Below, piece by piece: positions 19,544 through 28,990 of a DNA stretch of 49,425 nt. Source of the stretch: Hydrurus foetidus. Taxonomy: Eukaryota. A program made the position numbers and the translations under genes. Every line of letters starts with the position of its first letter. Positions within the stretch are counted from its first letter, which is position 1. The DNA lies in the NCBI GenBank assembly GCA_900617105.1, contig UYFQ01000689.1:1-49425 (forward strand), in the 5' to 3' direction. Under the pieces are notes generated by a model. That model did no database searches, was not told where the DNA came from, and worked only from the letters and a program-made list of their open reading frames with translations.

Positions 19544-20308
19544 ACTGAATTTTATTGAACTGAATTGCACTGAAGTTAACTGTAGCATTTACATACGCAT
19601 GATGAGATACATCGGAAATCAGAAATCCCATTTACAGGCTAGTTCAACAACTTTCGCTGTGATTAGGGCGGAGGGAGTCAGTCTGAATATGTGCTCTCTC
19701 CATCAACAACATGGTTGTTTATTTGATTAACATTTCGAACTGCAATTGTATGTCTATTGTCCTTAGCTGTCAATCACTAAATTGTTGTACCTTTAAAATC
19801 ACTTATCGTCCCCAGCGTATATTTATTTGATCTATATAATGAGTGAACACATCAGCACCGTGAAGCCCGTGTCGGCTATAATAAAAGTATTGACCCGTCC
19901 CGTCCTTTTTGGAACTTTTTTCTGCGGAAACTACTATGTTGTGTTGTATGATGTATGCTGGGACAGATATGCATGGTGTCCTATTTGCAACGATGATGGA
20001 ACAGTGAACTGCCTCTAACAATAACTTCCTGGCATATAGAGCGAATTTGTTCTACCAACGAAACAATCTTAGTGTATACCAATATGTAGGACACATCATG
20101 TAATAACTCCTACGGTATACCGTATACCCTATGGACGAAGAATGAAGAGTTGTGCACATGACCAGACCTTGGACCGTACATACATACCAACTGAACGTGT
20201 AGCTTTTTAACATCCATCGATCCCAGATCGAATCTCAGATTGAGATCAAAGAGAAGATCCTGGAGATAATGAAGTGTTTTGATAGATTCTGGAGAGGTAT
20301 ATCAATTC

Positions 20309-21163
20309 ATGAAAAGTTACGGCGTTTTATTCCTTCTGCTGTGCATCAACCTCACTGCCTACATTTGCGGATTCCAGACTGTTAGAATTTTCAGAATGCC
20401 TGATCCGAGTGGCTACAAGACTCTTGGAAAGCATCAATTGGAATGTGATTCAATTGGTTCAGAGATGATCGATGGATCTACCATACCCGACAGCAGCGAC
20501 ATCAAGCGGATCGAGCCAATCTTTATAGAAGACAATTGTTCTATCAGCTTGGATCACTTCTCCGTACCTGTCCATTATAAAGACACTCTGGACTCACTGC
20601 TGATTCCTCATGGCACTGTCATTTCCCGGATTGACAAACTGGCATTGGATATAATCCAAGATTATAAGGGACAAACAATTCACTTACTGTGCGTTTTGAA
20701 GGGCGGCTCTACTTTTTTTCACGATCTATGCAAAGCGATCTCAAAATACCATGAATCCTCGGGAAATTCGCATGTCCCATACATTTTCGACTTCATACGA
20801 GTGAGCTCATACAGTGGAACAAACAGCACAGGTGAAGTTCGCATAACGGGTTGTGATTTGGAGAAACTTAAAGGAAAGCATGTCTTATTTGTTGAGGACA
20901 TCATAGACACTGGACTCACGATGACGAAGATTTTTGAGTTTATGAAGGAGAGAATTGTCCCTGAGTCAGTTAACGTAGCGAGTCTCTGCGAGAAAAGGAC
21001 GCCTCATAGTTGTGGATTCAAAGCTAAATATGTGGGATTTTCGATACCCGATAAGTTCATCGTGGGATACTGCATGGACTACAACGAGGTGTATCGCGAC
21101 TTGTCCCACATCGCAGTGATAGGGTCTGTGGGTATCGAAAAGTTCAAAGATACGGGTTACTAA
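20309..21163 (+). CDS. HPRT: Hypoxanthine-guanine phosphoribosyltransferase, intronless, with predicted signal + transit peptide
   Basis: LCVLKGG, DFIRVSSY, PRPP-binding VLFVEDIIDTGLT, YVGFSIPDKFIVGYCMDYNEVYRDL. Confidence 0.95.
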   Translation: MKSYGVLFLLLCINLTAYICGFQTVRIFRMPDPSGYKTLGKHQLECDSIGSEMIDGSTIPDSSDIKRIEPIFIEDNCSISLDHFSVPVHYKDTLDSLLIPHGTVISRIDKLALDIIQDYKGQTIHLLCVLKGGSTFFHDLCKAISKYHESSGNSHVPYIFDFIRVSSYSGTNSTGEVRITGCDLEKLKGKHVLFVEDIIDTGLTMTKIFEFMKERIVPESVNVASLCEKRTPHSCGFKAKYVGFSIPDKFIVGYCMDYNEVYRDLSHIAVIGSVGIEKFKDTGY

Positions 21164-21740
21164 TTTGCGTTTCGAAAACATCTGAGGCAGTCAAAGTCGA
21201 CTACAGCTGCATTGTTGCAATTTCTTTCTTCCCGACGTTCGAACTATGTGGTGCACAGACCTATGAGACGCGGCAAAAACACTAATGTCGCCGTGCAAGA
21301 ACATAATTAGTGGAGAATCAGGCCCATCACGTTGCCGCATTGCTGGCTGATACCGCAGCTGCTTCTCAGCATCTGTCTGTGCTTCAGCGCCAAGGAAAAG
21401 GGATCGTTAAACTAAATACAGCGAAAACAACTAAATGTCCTGAAAACACTGTACATAGAGGGCCATGACGCGCAAGATTTCTATGTTCATGCACTTTAAC
21501 GAGTAATCTTGCTCTGCGGAAGTGATCTAGAGCTCGTACAAACAACACCTAGATAGTTTGTGAAGATAACATAATATGATATGCAGTAACCATGGCCAGG
21601 ACTTGACCAAGATGTCGCACTAATGACAATCTGTCGTACCAGTGAGGGGAATTTATACCGATACACAACGTACAGCGACAGAGGGTCCATCATAAATGCA
21701 ATAGATACATTTCAATTATGAATAACATCGAACGAAATTT

Positions 21741-22802
21741 TTATGTCAACTTCGAAGTCACTATGCGCAGAGTATTTGATAACGTAAACATAACCCCCAT
21801 CGTGGATCCGCTTAGCAAACCTATGGAAGTCAATAGGAAATGTGAATGAAGCTGAAAATTACATCAAGCACTTCGTGACGCTTTGACAACTAAATATGAT
21901 GAATTAGAACTGTCAAATCTATCTCACCGTTGGTAAGCATCTTCCTGGGATTTCTTGTGTACATTGATGCCACTGCGCCAGCTATGGCTCCAGCGATGAC
22001 AGAATTAATTACGTCGTCATCGTCGACTTTTCTCAATTTTCTATTGTACATCAACTGTCGTTCATAAGATGATTTGCGCTTTCAACACTAGGGTCGTCCA
22101 CTGGAATACAAATTGATCTTACATTAAATGGCACTTGCTGAAGTAATAAATTCCGCCCCAACAGCCAAATTTTGCGCCATGAACAGCGATATTTGATGAA
22201 AGAAAAGGAAAGAATCTTTTTACTATTCCAGTCTGACTGGTACTGCTGATAGTTGCTGAATAGAAAAAGTGCTGACTGATGAGATGTTTGACAATCTAGA
22301 AACGAGTAAGTTTTGATGCTGCAGAGTGACAAATCATCGCACCTTCAGTAGGAGTGGTCTTATTGAAGAACAAAGCGGAGTAAAGTGAACCTATGAGAAG
22401 ACATTGAACACCAGTCGAAACTCCATATGTAAAACAATCCTTTTTACTCAATTTTTGTGTTGTGCTCTCGCCATAACGGTTATCCCCAGTGCTTCCTGGT
22501 ACTTCGGTCAAAGTGTGATCAGTTGCGCCTTCTGTATCGTTTATGTCTGAGAAGTCTTGATGCCCGTCAAAGTCGAAGTTATTCGCTTCGTCTTTATCAA
22601 GGACAATCACGAGGTGCTATCAGACATAGTTTGATAGAACTCATGACATATGTGCTACATTATCGCTACATTGCAGTGGTAGAAGAGTGCTGATGGAGGG
22701 AGACTTACCTCTCGCCCCATACAAATCGGAGCTGTCACTGCTATCCCAATTAGAGCGCTTTGAACTCTCAGGTTCGGATTGCCAGTTGTTTGGTTCCTTC
22801 AT
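21741..22802 (-). CDS. Tim17/Tim22/Tim23-family mitochondrial inner-membrane translocase subunit (Tim22-like), 5 exons
   Basis: Exons ~22802-22709, ~22600-22343, 22255-22123, 22040-21928 and 21820-21741 splice (GT-AG) into KKDCFTYGVSTGVQCLLIGSLYSALF..HGAKFGCWGGIYYFSKCHLIKLRKVDDDDVINSVIAGAIAGAVASMYTRNPRKMLTNGLLSGSTMG..KLT*. This matches the family pattern C.L..LR..D..N...AG..G. First exon and start uncertain (22802 or 22720). Confidence 0.75.
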
Positions 22803-23064
22803 TAACAAAGTTTGGATAGAGTAGTCGTTGCAGCCTTTCTCCCCGGTGCGTTGCGTTTTGATCTCCAATAGTCTAAACACTCTAAGCTGGACTGCTCACT
22901 GCTCACTCAACAATATAGCGCAGCGTCTAGCATCCTCCCCTGATATCATCTGATCGATCTCCGATCTCGATCTGCTGGTCTGCTGCTGCTCGTGCTGTAA
23001 AATATGCTGTCTTGAAGGGTTACCGGTAACTGTGCGGTATATTCCCGTGTTTTCCGCCACCAAG

Positions 23065-23467
23065 TCTTGGTAAAACCGTTCCTTTAGGGATAACTGATCC
23101 CGGTACTGAACTGGTAGGTTGCTAGTGATTCGTTGAGAATACACCTTGTGAAATGCAAGCCTAGCCAGAGCAGCAGAATAGTCAACTAGTGTAGGTATAA
23201 TGACGTGATGTCATAGAGTCTCTTTTAATAAGAAGTGGTTAGCATGTCAAAACATCCACTTCATCAGCTGTATACTAACTGCTAGTATGCTACTTGGTGT
23301 GATTCATCACTCCAACATTTCATTCCTGATGTGACCGCGGGTTGGTGTATAGTATCAACCAGTCTACAAGGAATCATAAAACGTATGCCTAAGCTACAAC
23401 TATCCGGACTGGATATCGCTCATGATATTATCCCCAAAGGGATTCCTAGTCTACGCATATCCCAACA
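23065..23467 (-). repeat. 3' LTR of the copia element (TG...GA)
   Basis: Direct repeat of 28588-28990; in element sense it begins TGTTGG and ends CCAAGA. Confidence 0.96.
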
Positions 23468-23474
23468 CACCCCT
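23468..23474 (-). other. Polypurine tract (AGGGGTG) abutting the 3' LTR
   Basis: G-rich run immediately 5' of the TG of the 3' LTR in element sense. Confidence 0.7.
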
Positions 23475-23646
23475 AATGTCATCGACATTCAGTCACATGG
23501 TTGTTTAGGTATCATGCAAATTATTTATCATCACATGGTGTTAAAACGTGGTAATTATCATAACTAATATAGGTTTCTGCGTAGTTATCATCATAACCAT
23601 ATAGTCAAAAATCACGGTGACTTTTTGAGTGTGAGATAAAGAGATG

Positions 23647-26600
23647 TTACTTTTGTCCCATTATTTTCTTGAACATTTTGTCGAAAATCGCACCTTGCAA
23701 CGGTTTTGTAAAGTAGTCGGAAGTCATTTCCGCCGTGGGAACATAGACAATGTCCACTGCACCGTTCTTGATATAGTCCGAGATCCAGAATTTCCGGATC
23801 TCGATGAACCTGGTGGTCTCTGCGGTAGACCGACCTTTCGTGAGTAGTGTGATACAGGATTGGTTATCCTGCTCCAATCGCACTGGTTGTGGATCGTATC
23901 CTTGAAGGCGGATGAAGTCTGCGAGCCATAATGGGATGTTCATCCCGTCGGACACCGCGATGATCTCAGCCTCCGTGCTCGACTTGGAATTCAGCTTCTG
24001 GACCTTGGAACTCGTGATGAAAAATCCCACCCCTAATGTGACGCACATTCCTGAGGTTGATTTCATGTTGTCGCGATTCGCAAATGCAGCATCAATTGAT
24101 ACCGTGACTCTTGGTGGGAGGTCAGCTTTGAGTCGTAGGGGTACGTCACGTACGTACTTCGCATAGCTGATGACCCTGTCGAGCTTCTTGTCATCCTCGT
24201 AGGATGGTGCTTTCACTCGTTTTGAGAGTTCGCCCACCACTGTTGTGAGGCTCGGATGTGCACGCGAGCATGTCCATGCAATGGTTGCGGTGTCGGTGTG
24301 ATATATTTCTGCATCCTTGGCACTCAACAGCTCACTGTCAGGGGTTCGATCAAACAGGTGAGGAGCACCTGGTGAGTGCGGAATTCCAGCGGGTTTGGTT
24401 CCGCGGTCTTTGTGAGTCTTCTCTCTTGCAGCAACAATGTCTTGGATCATCCCTGCTTGTGAAACTTTCACGTATCCTGTTTCACTGTAGTCCCAGGTCA
24501 GGCCTAGGTACGATACGATAGGCCCCTGTGTTGTCCTGAATTGGCCGTAAACTTTTAGCAGGATCTGTTCCATGGCGAGGACAGCGTCCTTGTCAACACA
24601 CGTCATCTTTAAGTCGTCGACGTAGACAACAATCGTGAATTGCTTTCCTTTGATGCTCTTGTTAAAGACGCAAAGGTCGCGCGGGTTGGCCGTGAAACCG
24701 TTGGACCGTAGGGTTCCGGCTATTTCCTCATACCACAGTTTGGCAGACTCGATACAGCCATATAGTGCCTTGTTCAGACGTACCAGAATGCTTCCATTGT
24801 GCATTCGGTACGCAGCAAATGACTTGTCTTGTCGTACGATTTCATCCGCCACATCTTTAGTTACCATCATGTGCAGGATTTTATCCGGTTTATCCAGCGG
24901 CATTTTCGCGTTGAGGTACGCGGACCCCACATCACCCACCATAACAAACCGTTTCTCCGCTGCCGCCAGTTGCGCTACGGTGAATATTGCGGCCATGGAA
25001 GCAGTGGGTGATTCGATCTCATCGGGCTTGTAGTCGGTTCGCACTTGCGCGCGCCCATCGACACAGAACCTGGCCTTGACCTTGTCGATCTCTCGGTTAC
25101 CCTCCGAGTTTAGTGTGGGTAGGAACTTCTCCGTGACGTTCATGATCGAACGCAGGATCTTGTTTCGCTGTGGTTGTGTCAGTTGTGACATGTGCACCCC
25201 TGAGAATGTGTCCTTTGCGAGGAGCGATTTGACCTCTGACTCGATGGCGAATGCAGTCTTTTCCGGGAAGAGCTTCAGTCCCCGAGTAACTGACATCATC
25301 GACCAAACATGCGGATTGTCGATTTCTTGTGCTTGAGTTGATACTTCTTCCGCTGTTAAGTTAAGTCGGTCGATTGGTTTCTTCAGTCTGGATGACTTTT
25401 CCCTTGGTTCTATGGGTCGAGGTGTGTACTTACGTACGTTCACCGGTGCACTATCAAAAGCGTTCTCCTCCGGAATCTCTTCAACGGGCTCCGTTGGTTC
25501 CGATATTTCGCCAGAAGTTTCATGTAGGTTTTCTGTGTCTGGAACCGTATCAGTCTCACCCCGAATCTCCATTGGCGATTGTGTCGGTGGGGATTCAAAA
25601 CCGATTGGTGCGGTGGGAATTGACGGCGGAAATGGGTCCTGAATGGGTCCGCGGTCTCCGATTGGTGCCGCTGTCGGTGGTGCTGCACGAGTAATGTTTC
25701 CGACGGCATCATTGTCGACATCATTTGTGATGTCTCGGTCGTGGAATGTGAAGATCGGGTCGATCGAGGTATGCAGCTTGTTCTTTGCCGCCCACCCATT
25801 CACGGTAGTGATAACGATGGGTGGGATCGGCAGTACCACATAGTGGTTCGCATTGATGGTCGCCCGATTGTCCAACCGAAGGAATGCATGTGTTCCTGTG
25901 CCATTCATCTTCGGCTCCAGGTAAAGGCATCCAATCGTGCGCTGGTCCATGCCATTCGACATGGTGCGGTTGGTGACCTGACAGTAGGTGCCGAAAGGTG
26001 GACCGATGTCCATCTTTGTATCAGCCTTTCTCCCGAAGAAGGCCTCAAAGGGAGATATTTTGTCCGTTCGTGTGGACGAAGGGAACAACAGTAGTTTCTT
26101 GGAGCAGCTCAGCACCAAGTGATTCATCATCGCGTCAGCGACTAGGTAGGGTAGGCTGTGTATGGTGGCCCGAATGGTCTCCTTCAGGTGGCGGATCATC
26201 CGCTCCACGATGTGATCATGCTGACCTGGTCCGACGAGAGAGACGGCCACGCCCATTGCATTCATGTCTCCTGCAAGCGCCGCGATCCCTCGTTCATTGT
26301 CGCTGGTGAAGCGGGTGATCTTGATACTGCGGGATCCGATGGTGCCGAACATCCTCCTGATGCTTTGTCTCAGGATTGGCGCTGTGAGATTCTCCACGCA
26401 AGCAACGAGGACAATGCCAAGAGGATGTGTGATGGAAACCAGGAATGGTTGCTTATTGACAAACATGACATCACAATGCATGTGTTGCTCATCAGAATCA
26501 CGGTGACTTTTAAAATCACGGTGACTTTTAAAATCACGGTGACTTTGCAATGCTGGAAATGGTCGGGCTCGAACTGTTCGCCCTTTCAGAGCAGCGATGT

Positions 26601-28560
26601 TGGCACCCCAGATCGCAGTTGCTCGATTAACATCTTCAGGAAGGATGTCGCAGTTGAGGAATGCTCCGGCGTTCAAAGCAGAGATCATCTTGGCGTCGGG
26701 TGGGAATCCAAGGCTTGCTTGTAGCCGTCGGGCATCGAAGCTTCGAGCAACCTCGCGCTTGGAGTACGCTGCCTCATTTGCCGTTGTTGTTGGCAAAGGA
26801 GCTGAGAAAAAAGGTCCTCCTGCCTTATTGAGAGCGATGGCGGGGTTGGCTGACTCTAATCTCGACTTGTTGGAGCTCTCATGTCGAGGCTCTGGTCGTG
26901 ATGCAAGATCGCAAACATAGAGTCCACCTCGATGTTGAAAGCGATAGGTTTGCTTTGCTGTGTGCACCAGGAAAGCATCTTGATCAACATGTCCTCCACG
27001 TTGGAACTCCCAGTTGTGTCCTTGCAAAAGGATATCCGAAGCTGAAATGATGGAGAGCGCCGCCCGATCATCGAAGTGAACGATGCCGATATCACCAAGT
27101 CTGCCGACTTTTGTCACTGTCAAGGATCCATGCAAGCCCTTAAACACAGTTGGCCGACACGTCCAAATCTCTGAGAGAACATCAGCGCTTGTGATGATTG
27201 TGCCGGTGGCACCGGTGTCGAAAATCGCTTCGGTCGATGATGGTTGGATTGAAGTTCGGGTGGCCTGTAGACTGATTCCGTCACCGTCGTCGGGTGGAGA
27301 TCCTTTCAACGCGACATTGCATCTTCGATCATCATCTTCCATTTCTTCATCCTCTTCATCATGCATGTTGTCAAATGATGTATAATATGAGGCGTGACTG
27401 CTCGCCTTGTTTGTCGGCTCTGGATTTTTCTCAAATCGCACCTTTTTCGGCTCGTCTTTCGCCTTGCTCCGGCACTCAGATTTTCGGTGGCCAAACTTGC
27501 CACAGTTGAAACATTCGCCTTCGAACTTTATTTTTGGTTTGTCTTTGTCGGGTTCGGCCTTGGTGTCTTTGCTGGAAGGTTTGTCTTTGTGACCCTTGCC
27601 CTTCCCCAACTGCTTGGCACCCTTTTTTCCTCGATCTTCAGTCTGCTGCTGAGCTCCGAATGCTGAATGTGGCGTTGTCGGAGGGAGGGTTGCATTGATA
27701 TTCTCAATGAATAAAGTCTCAAATCTCGTTGCTCGCAGGATTGCATCGACGAGGGTCGCAGGGTATATGTCTCGATCCGTTTGCTGTTTGGCATTGATCA
27801 GGTACATCTTGTAACCGTGGTATGCCGGAACTGATCCATCGAGCCCATCAATGAAGCGCATTGATTGCTGCTTTGGCTTTGGCTGTTCTTCAACTGGTAT
27901 TCCAGTTGTGGTGAGTCTTTCGAATGTTTTGATAGCACGCCGGCCATAATTCAGAATCACCTCCCCATGTTCCATTTTCAGTCCAAACCACTCACTGAGG
28001 GCTTTCTGACGGTCGAGTTCTTCATTTCCATCTGGCCGTGCCGTGACAAGGCGCTTAATTATATTGAGCAATTCGAGTGGGTCATCTTCCTCGCAGGCTA
28101 TGAAAGCGGCGTCGACGGAGAGTAGCGAGTTGAGCTGTGCTGAGCACATGTCTCGAATGACTGTGTAGCAGTTCTCCTTGTCGATCCTCTGTTGGGTCAT
28201 CAACTTGAGGTATTGATTGTTCCTCCCGCTGAGGAGTCCCATGAAGATCTTGTTTTTGTTTCCTGATGGATCGTTCGCTTCCATGATCGCCTCCAGCTCT
28301 GCCTCAGTGGCCATAGGTGGTAGGTGCTTCCGGTAAGCCGGTGCAACAGTCACTTTCATCGGATCCTGACAGATTGACTTTAGGTCCTGATAGTTGTCCC
28401 TGCAGTACGCCTTCAGCTTAGCTATGATTGAATCCCACTGCTTGTGGCAATCATGGCTGATCTCAACCAATCCTGCGGGTATGATCCTCTTTTCAAGGGA
28501 TCCATTTGCACCCTCATCTTTCCTCGGTGGCGCACCACCTTTGGAACCTTTTTGACTCAT
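23647..28560 (-). CDS. Copia Gag-Pol polyprotein, 1637 aa, uninterrupted
   Basis: CCHC knuckle CFNCGKFGHRKSEC; protease IFDTGAT; integrase HCDVMF / TSDNE / VERMIR; RT KARFCVDG, DVGSAYL, KALYGCIESAKLWY, YVDD; RNase H SIDAAFA, SSTEAE, QDNQS, DYFTKPL. Confidence 0.97.
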   Translation of the reverse strand: MSQKGSKGGAPPRKDEGANGSLEKRIIPAGLVEISHDCHKQWDSIIAKLKAYCRDNYQDLKSICQDPMKVTVAPAYRKHLPPMATEAELEAIMEANDPSGNKNKIFMGLLSGRNNQYLKLMTQQRIDKENCYTVIRDMCSAQLNSLLSVDAAFIACEEDDPLELLNIIKRLVTARPDGNEELDRQKALSEWFGLKMEHGEVILNYGRRAIKTFERLTTTGIPVEEQPKPKQQSMRFIDGLDGSVPAYHGYKMYLINAKQQTDRDIYPATLVDAILRATRFETLFIENINATLPPTTPHSAFGAQQQTEDRGKKGAKQLGKGKGHKDKPSSKDTKAEPDKDKPKIKFEGECFNCGKFGHRKSECRSKAKDEPKKVRFEKNPEPTNKASSHASYYTSFDNMHDEEDEEMEDDDRRCNVALKGSPPDDGDGISLQATRTSIQPSSTEAIFDTGATGTIITSADVLSEIWTCRPTVFKGLHGSLTVTKVGRLGDIGIVHFDDRAALSIISASDILLQGHNWEFQRGGHVDQDAFLVHTAKQTYRFQHRGGLYVCDLASRPEPRHESSNKSRLESANPAIALNKAGGPFFSAPLPTTTANEAAYSKREVARSFDARRLQASLGFPPDAKMISALNAGAFLNCDILPEDVNRATAIWGANIAALKGRTVRARPFPALQSHRDFKSHRDFKSHRDSDEQHMHCDVMFVNKQPFLVSITHPLGIVLVACVENLTAPILRQSIRRMFGTIGSRSIKITRFTSDNERGIAALAGDMNAMGVAVSLVGPGQHDHIVERMIRHLKETIRATIHSLPYLVADAMMNHLVLSCSKKLLLFPSSTRTDKISPFEAFFGRKADTKMDIGPPFGTYCQVTNRTMSNGMDQRTIGCLYLEPKMNGTGTHAFLRLDNRATINANHYVVLPIPPIVITTVNGWAAKNKLHTSIDPIFTFHDRDITNDVDNDAVGNITRAAPPTAAPIGDRGPIQDPFPPSIPTAPIGFESPPTQSPMEIRGETDTVPDTENLHETSGEISEPTEPVEEIPEENAFDSAPVNVRKYTPRPIEPREKSSRLKKPIDRLNLTAEEVSTQAQEIDNPHVWSMMSVTRGLKLFPEKTAFAIESEVKSLLAKDTFSGVHMSQLTQPQRNKILRSIMNVTEKFLPTLNSEGNREIDKVKARFCVDGRAQVRTDYKPDEIESPTASMAAIFTVAQLAAAEKRFVMVGDVGSAYLNAKMPLDKPDKILHMMVTKDVADEIVRQDKSFAAYRMHNGSILVRLNKALYGCIESAKLWYEEIAGTLRSNGFTANPRDLCVFNKSIKGKQFTIVVYVDDLKMTCVDKDAVLAMEQILLKVYGQFRTTQGPIVSYLGLTWDYSETGYVKVSQAGMIQDIVAAREKTHKDRGTKPAGIPHSPGAPHLFDRTPDSELLSAKDAEIYHTDTATIAWTCSRAHPSLTTVVGELSKRVKAPSYEDDKKLDRVISYAKYVRDVPLRLKADLPPRVTVSIDAAFANRDNMKSTSGMCVTLGVGFFITSSKVQKLNSKSSTEAEIIAVSDGMNIPLWLADFIRLQGYDPQPVRLEQDNQSCITLLTKGRSTAETTRFIEIRKFWISDYIKNGAVDIVYVPTAEMTSDYFTKPLQGAIFDKMFKKIMGQK

Positions 28561-28577
28561 GATAAAGTCTTTAAAGG

Positions 28578-28587
28578 CTTCTTATTA
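28578..28587 (-). promoter_or_regulatory. Putative self-priming primer-binding site (sense TAATAAGAAG)
   Basis: Directly follows the 5' LTR, lacks the TGG of a tRNA PBS, and is the exact reverse complement of the LTR-internal 10-mer at 28749-28758. Confidence 0.6.
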
Positions 28588-28990
28588 TCTTGGTAAAACC
28601 GTTCCTTTAGGGATAACTGATCCCGGTACTGAACTGGTAGGTTGCTAGTGATTCGTTGAGAATACACCTTGTGAAATGCAAGCCTAGCCAGAGCAGCAGA
28701 AAAGTCAACTAGTGTAGGTATGATGACGTGATGTCATAGAGTCTCTTTTAATAAGAAGTGGTTAGCATGTCAAATCATCCACTTCATCAGCTGTATACTA
28801 ACTGCTAGTATGCTACTTGGTGTGATTCATCACTCCAACATTTCATTCCTGATGTGACCGCGGGTTGGTGTATAGTATCAACCGGTCTACAAGGAATCAT
28901 AAAACGTATGCCTAAGCTACAACTATCCGGACTGGATATCGCTCATGATATTATCCCCAAAGGGATTCCTAGTCTACGCATATCCCAACA
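28588..28990 (-). repeat. 5' LTR of the copia element (TG...GA)
   Basis: Direct repeat of 23065-23467; the gag ATG lies only 27 nt downstream. Confidence 0.96.

Larger units (their letters stand above)
23065..28990 (-). mobile_element. Complete Ty1/copia LTR retrotransposon (5926 bp)
   Basis: Two 403-bp LTRs with 4 substitutions counted by eye; 5-bp TSD CCAAG (23060-23064, 28991-28995); a single intact polyprotein in Gag-PR-IN-RT-RH order. Confidence 0.97.

Noticed and set aside
19827..20018. Small Cys-containing ORF between the transporter and HPRT
   Set aside because: About 60 aa, with no recognisable motif or splice support.
23331..23567. Small ORFs in the LTRs (23331-23567, 28854-29084) and antisense ORFs across the copia, ABCC and DENN genes
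   Set aside because: They cross element boundaries or shadow real genes and have no motifs.
28561..28587. Canonical tRNA 3'-end PBS for the copia
   Set aside because: There is no TGG in the 27 nt between the LTR and the ATG. A half-tRNA primer cannot be excluded without the host tRNA set.
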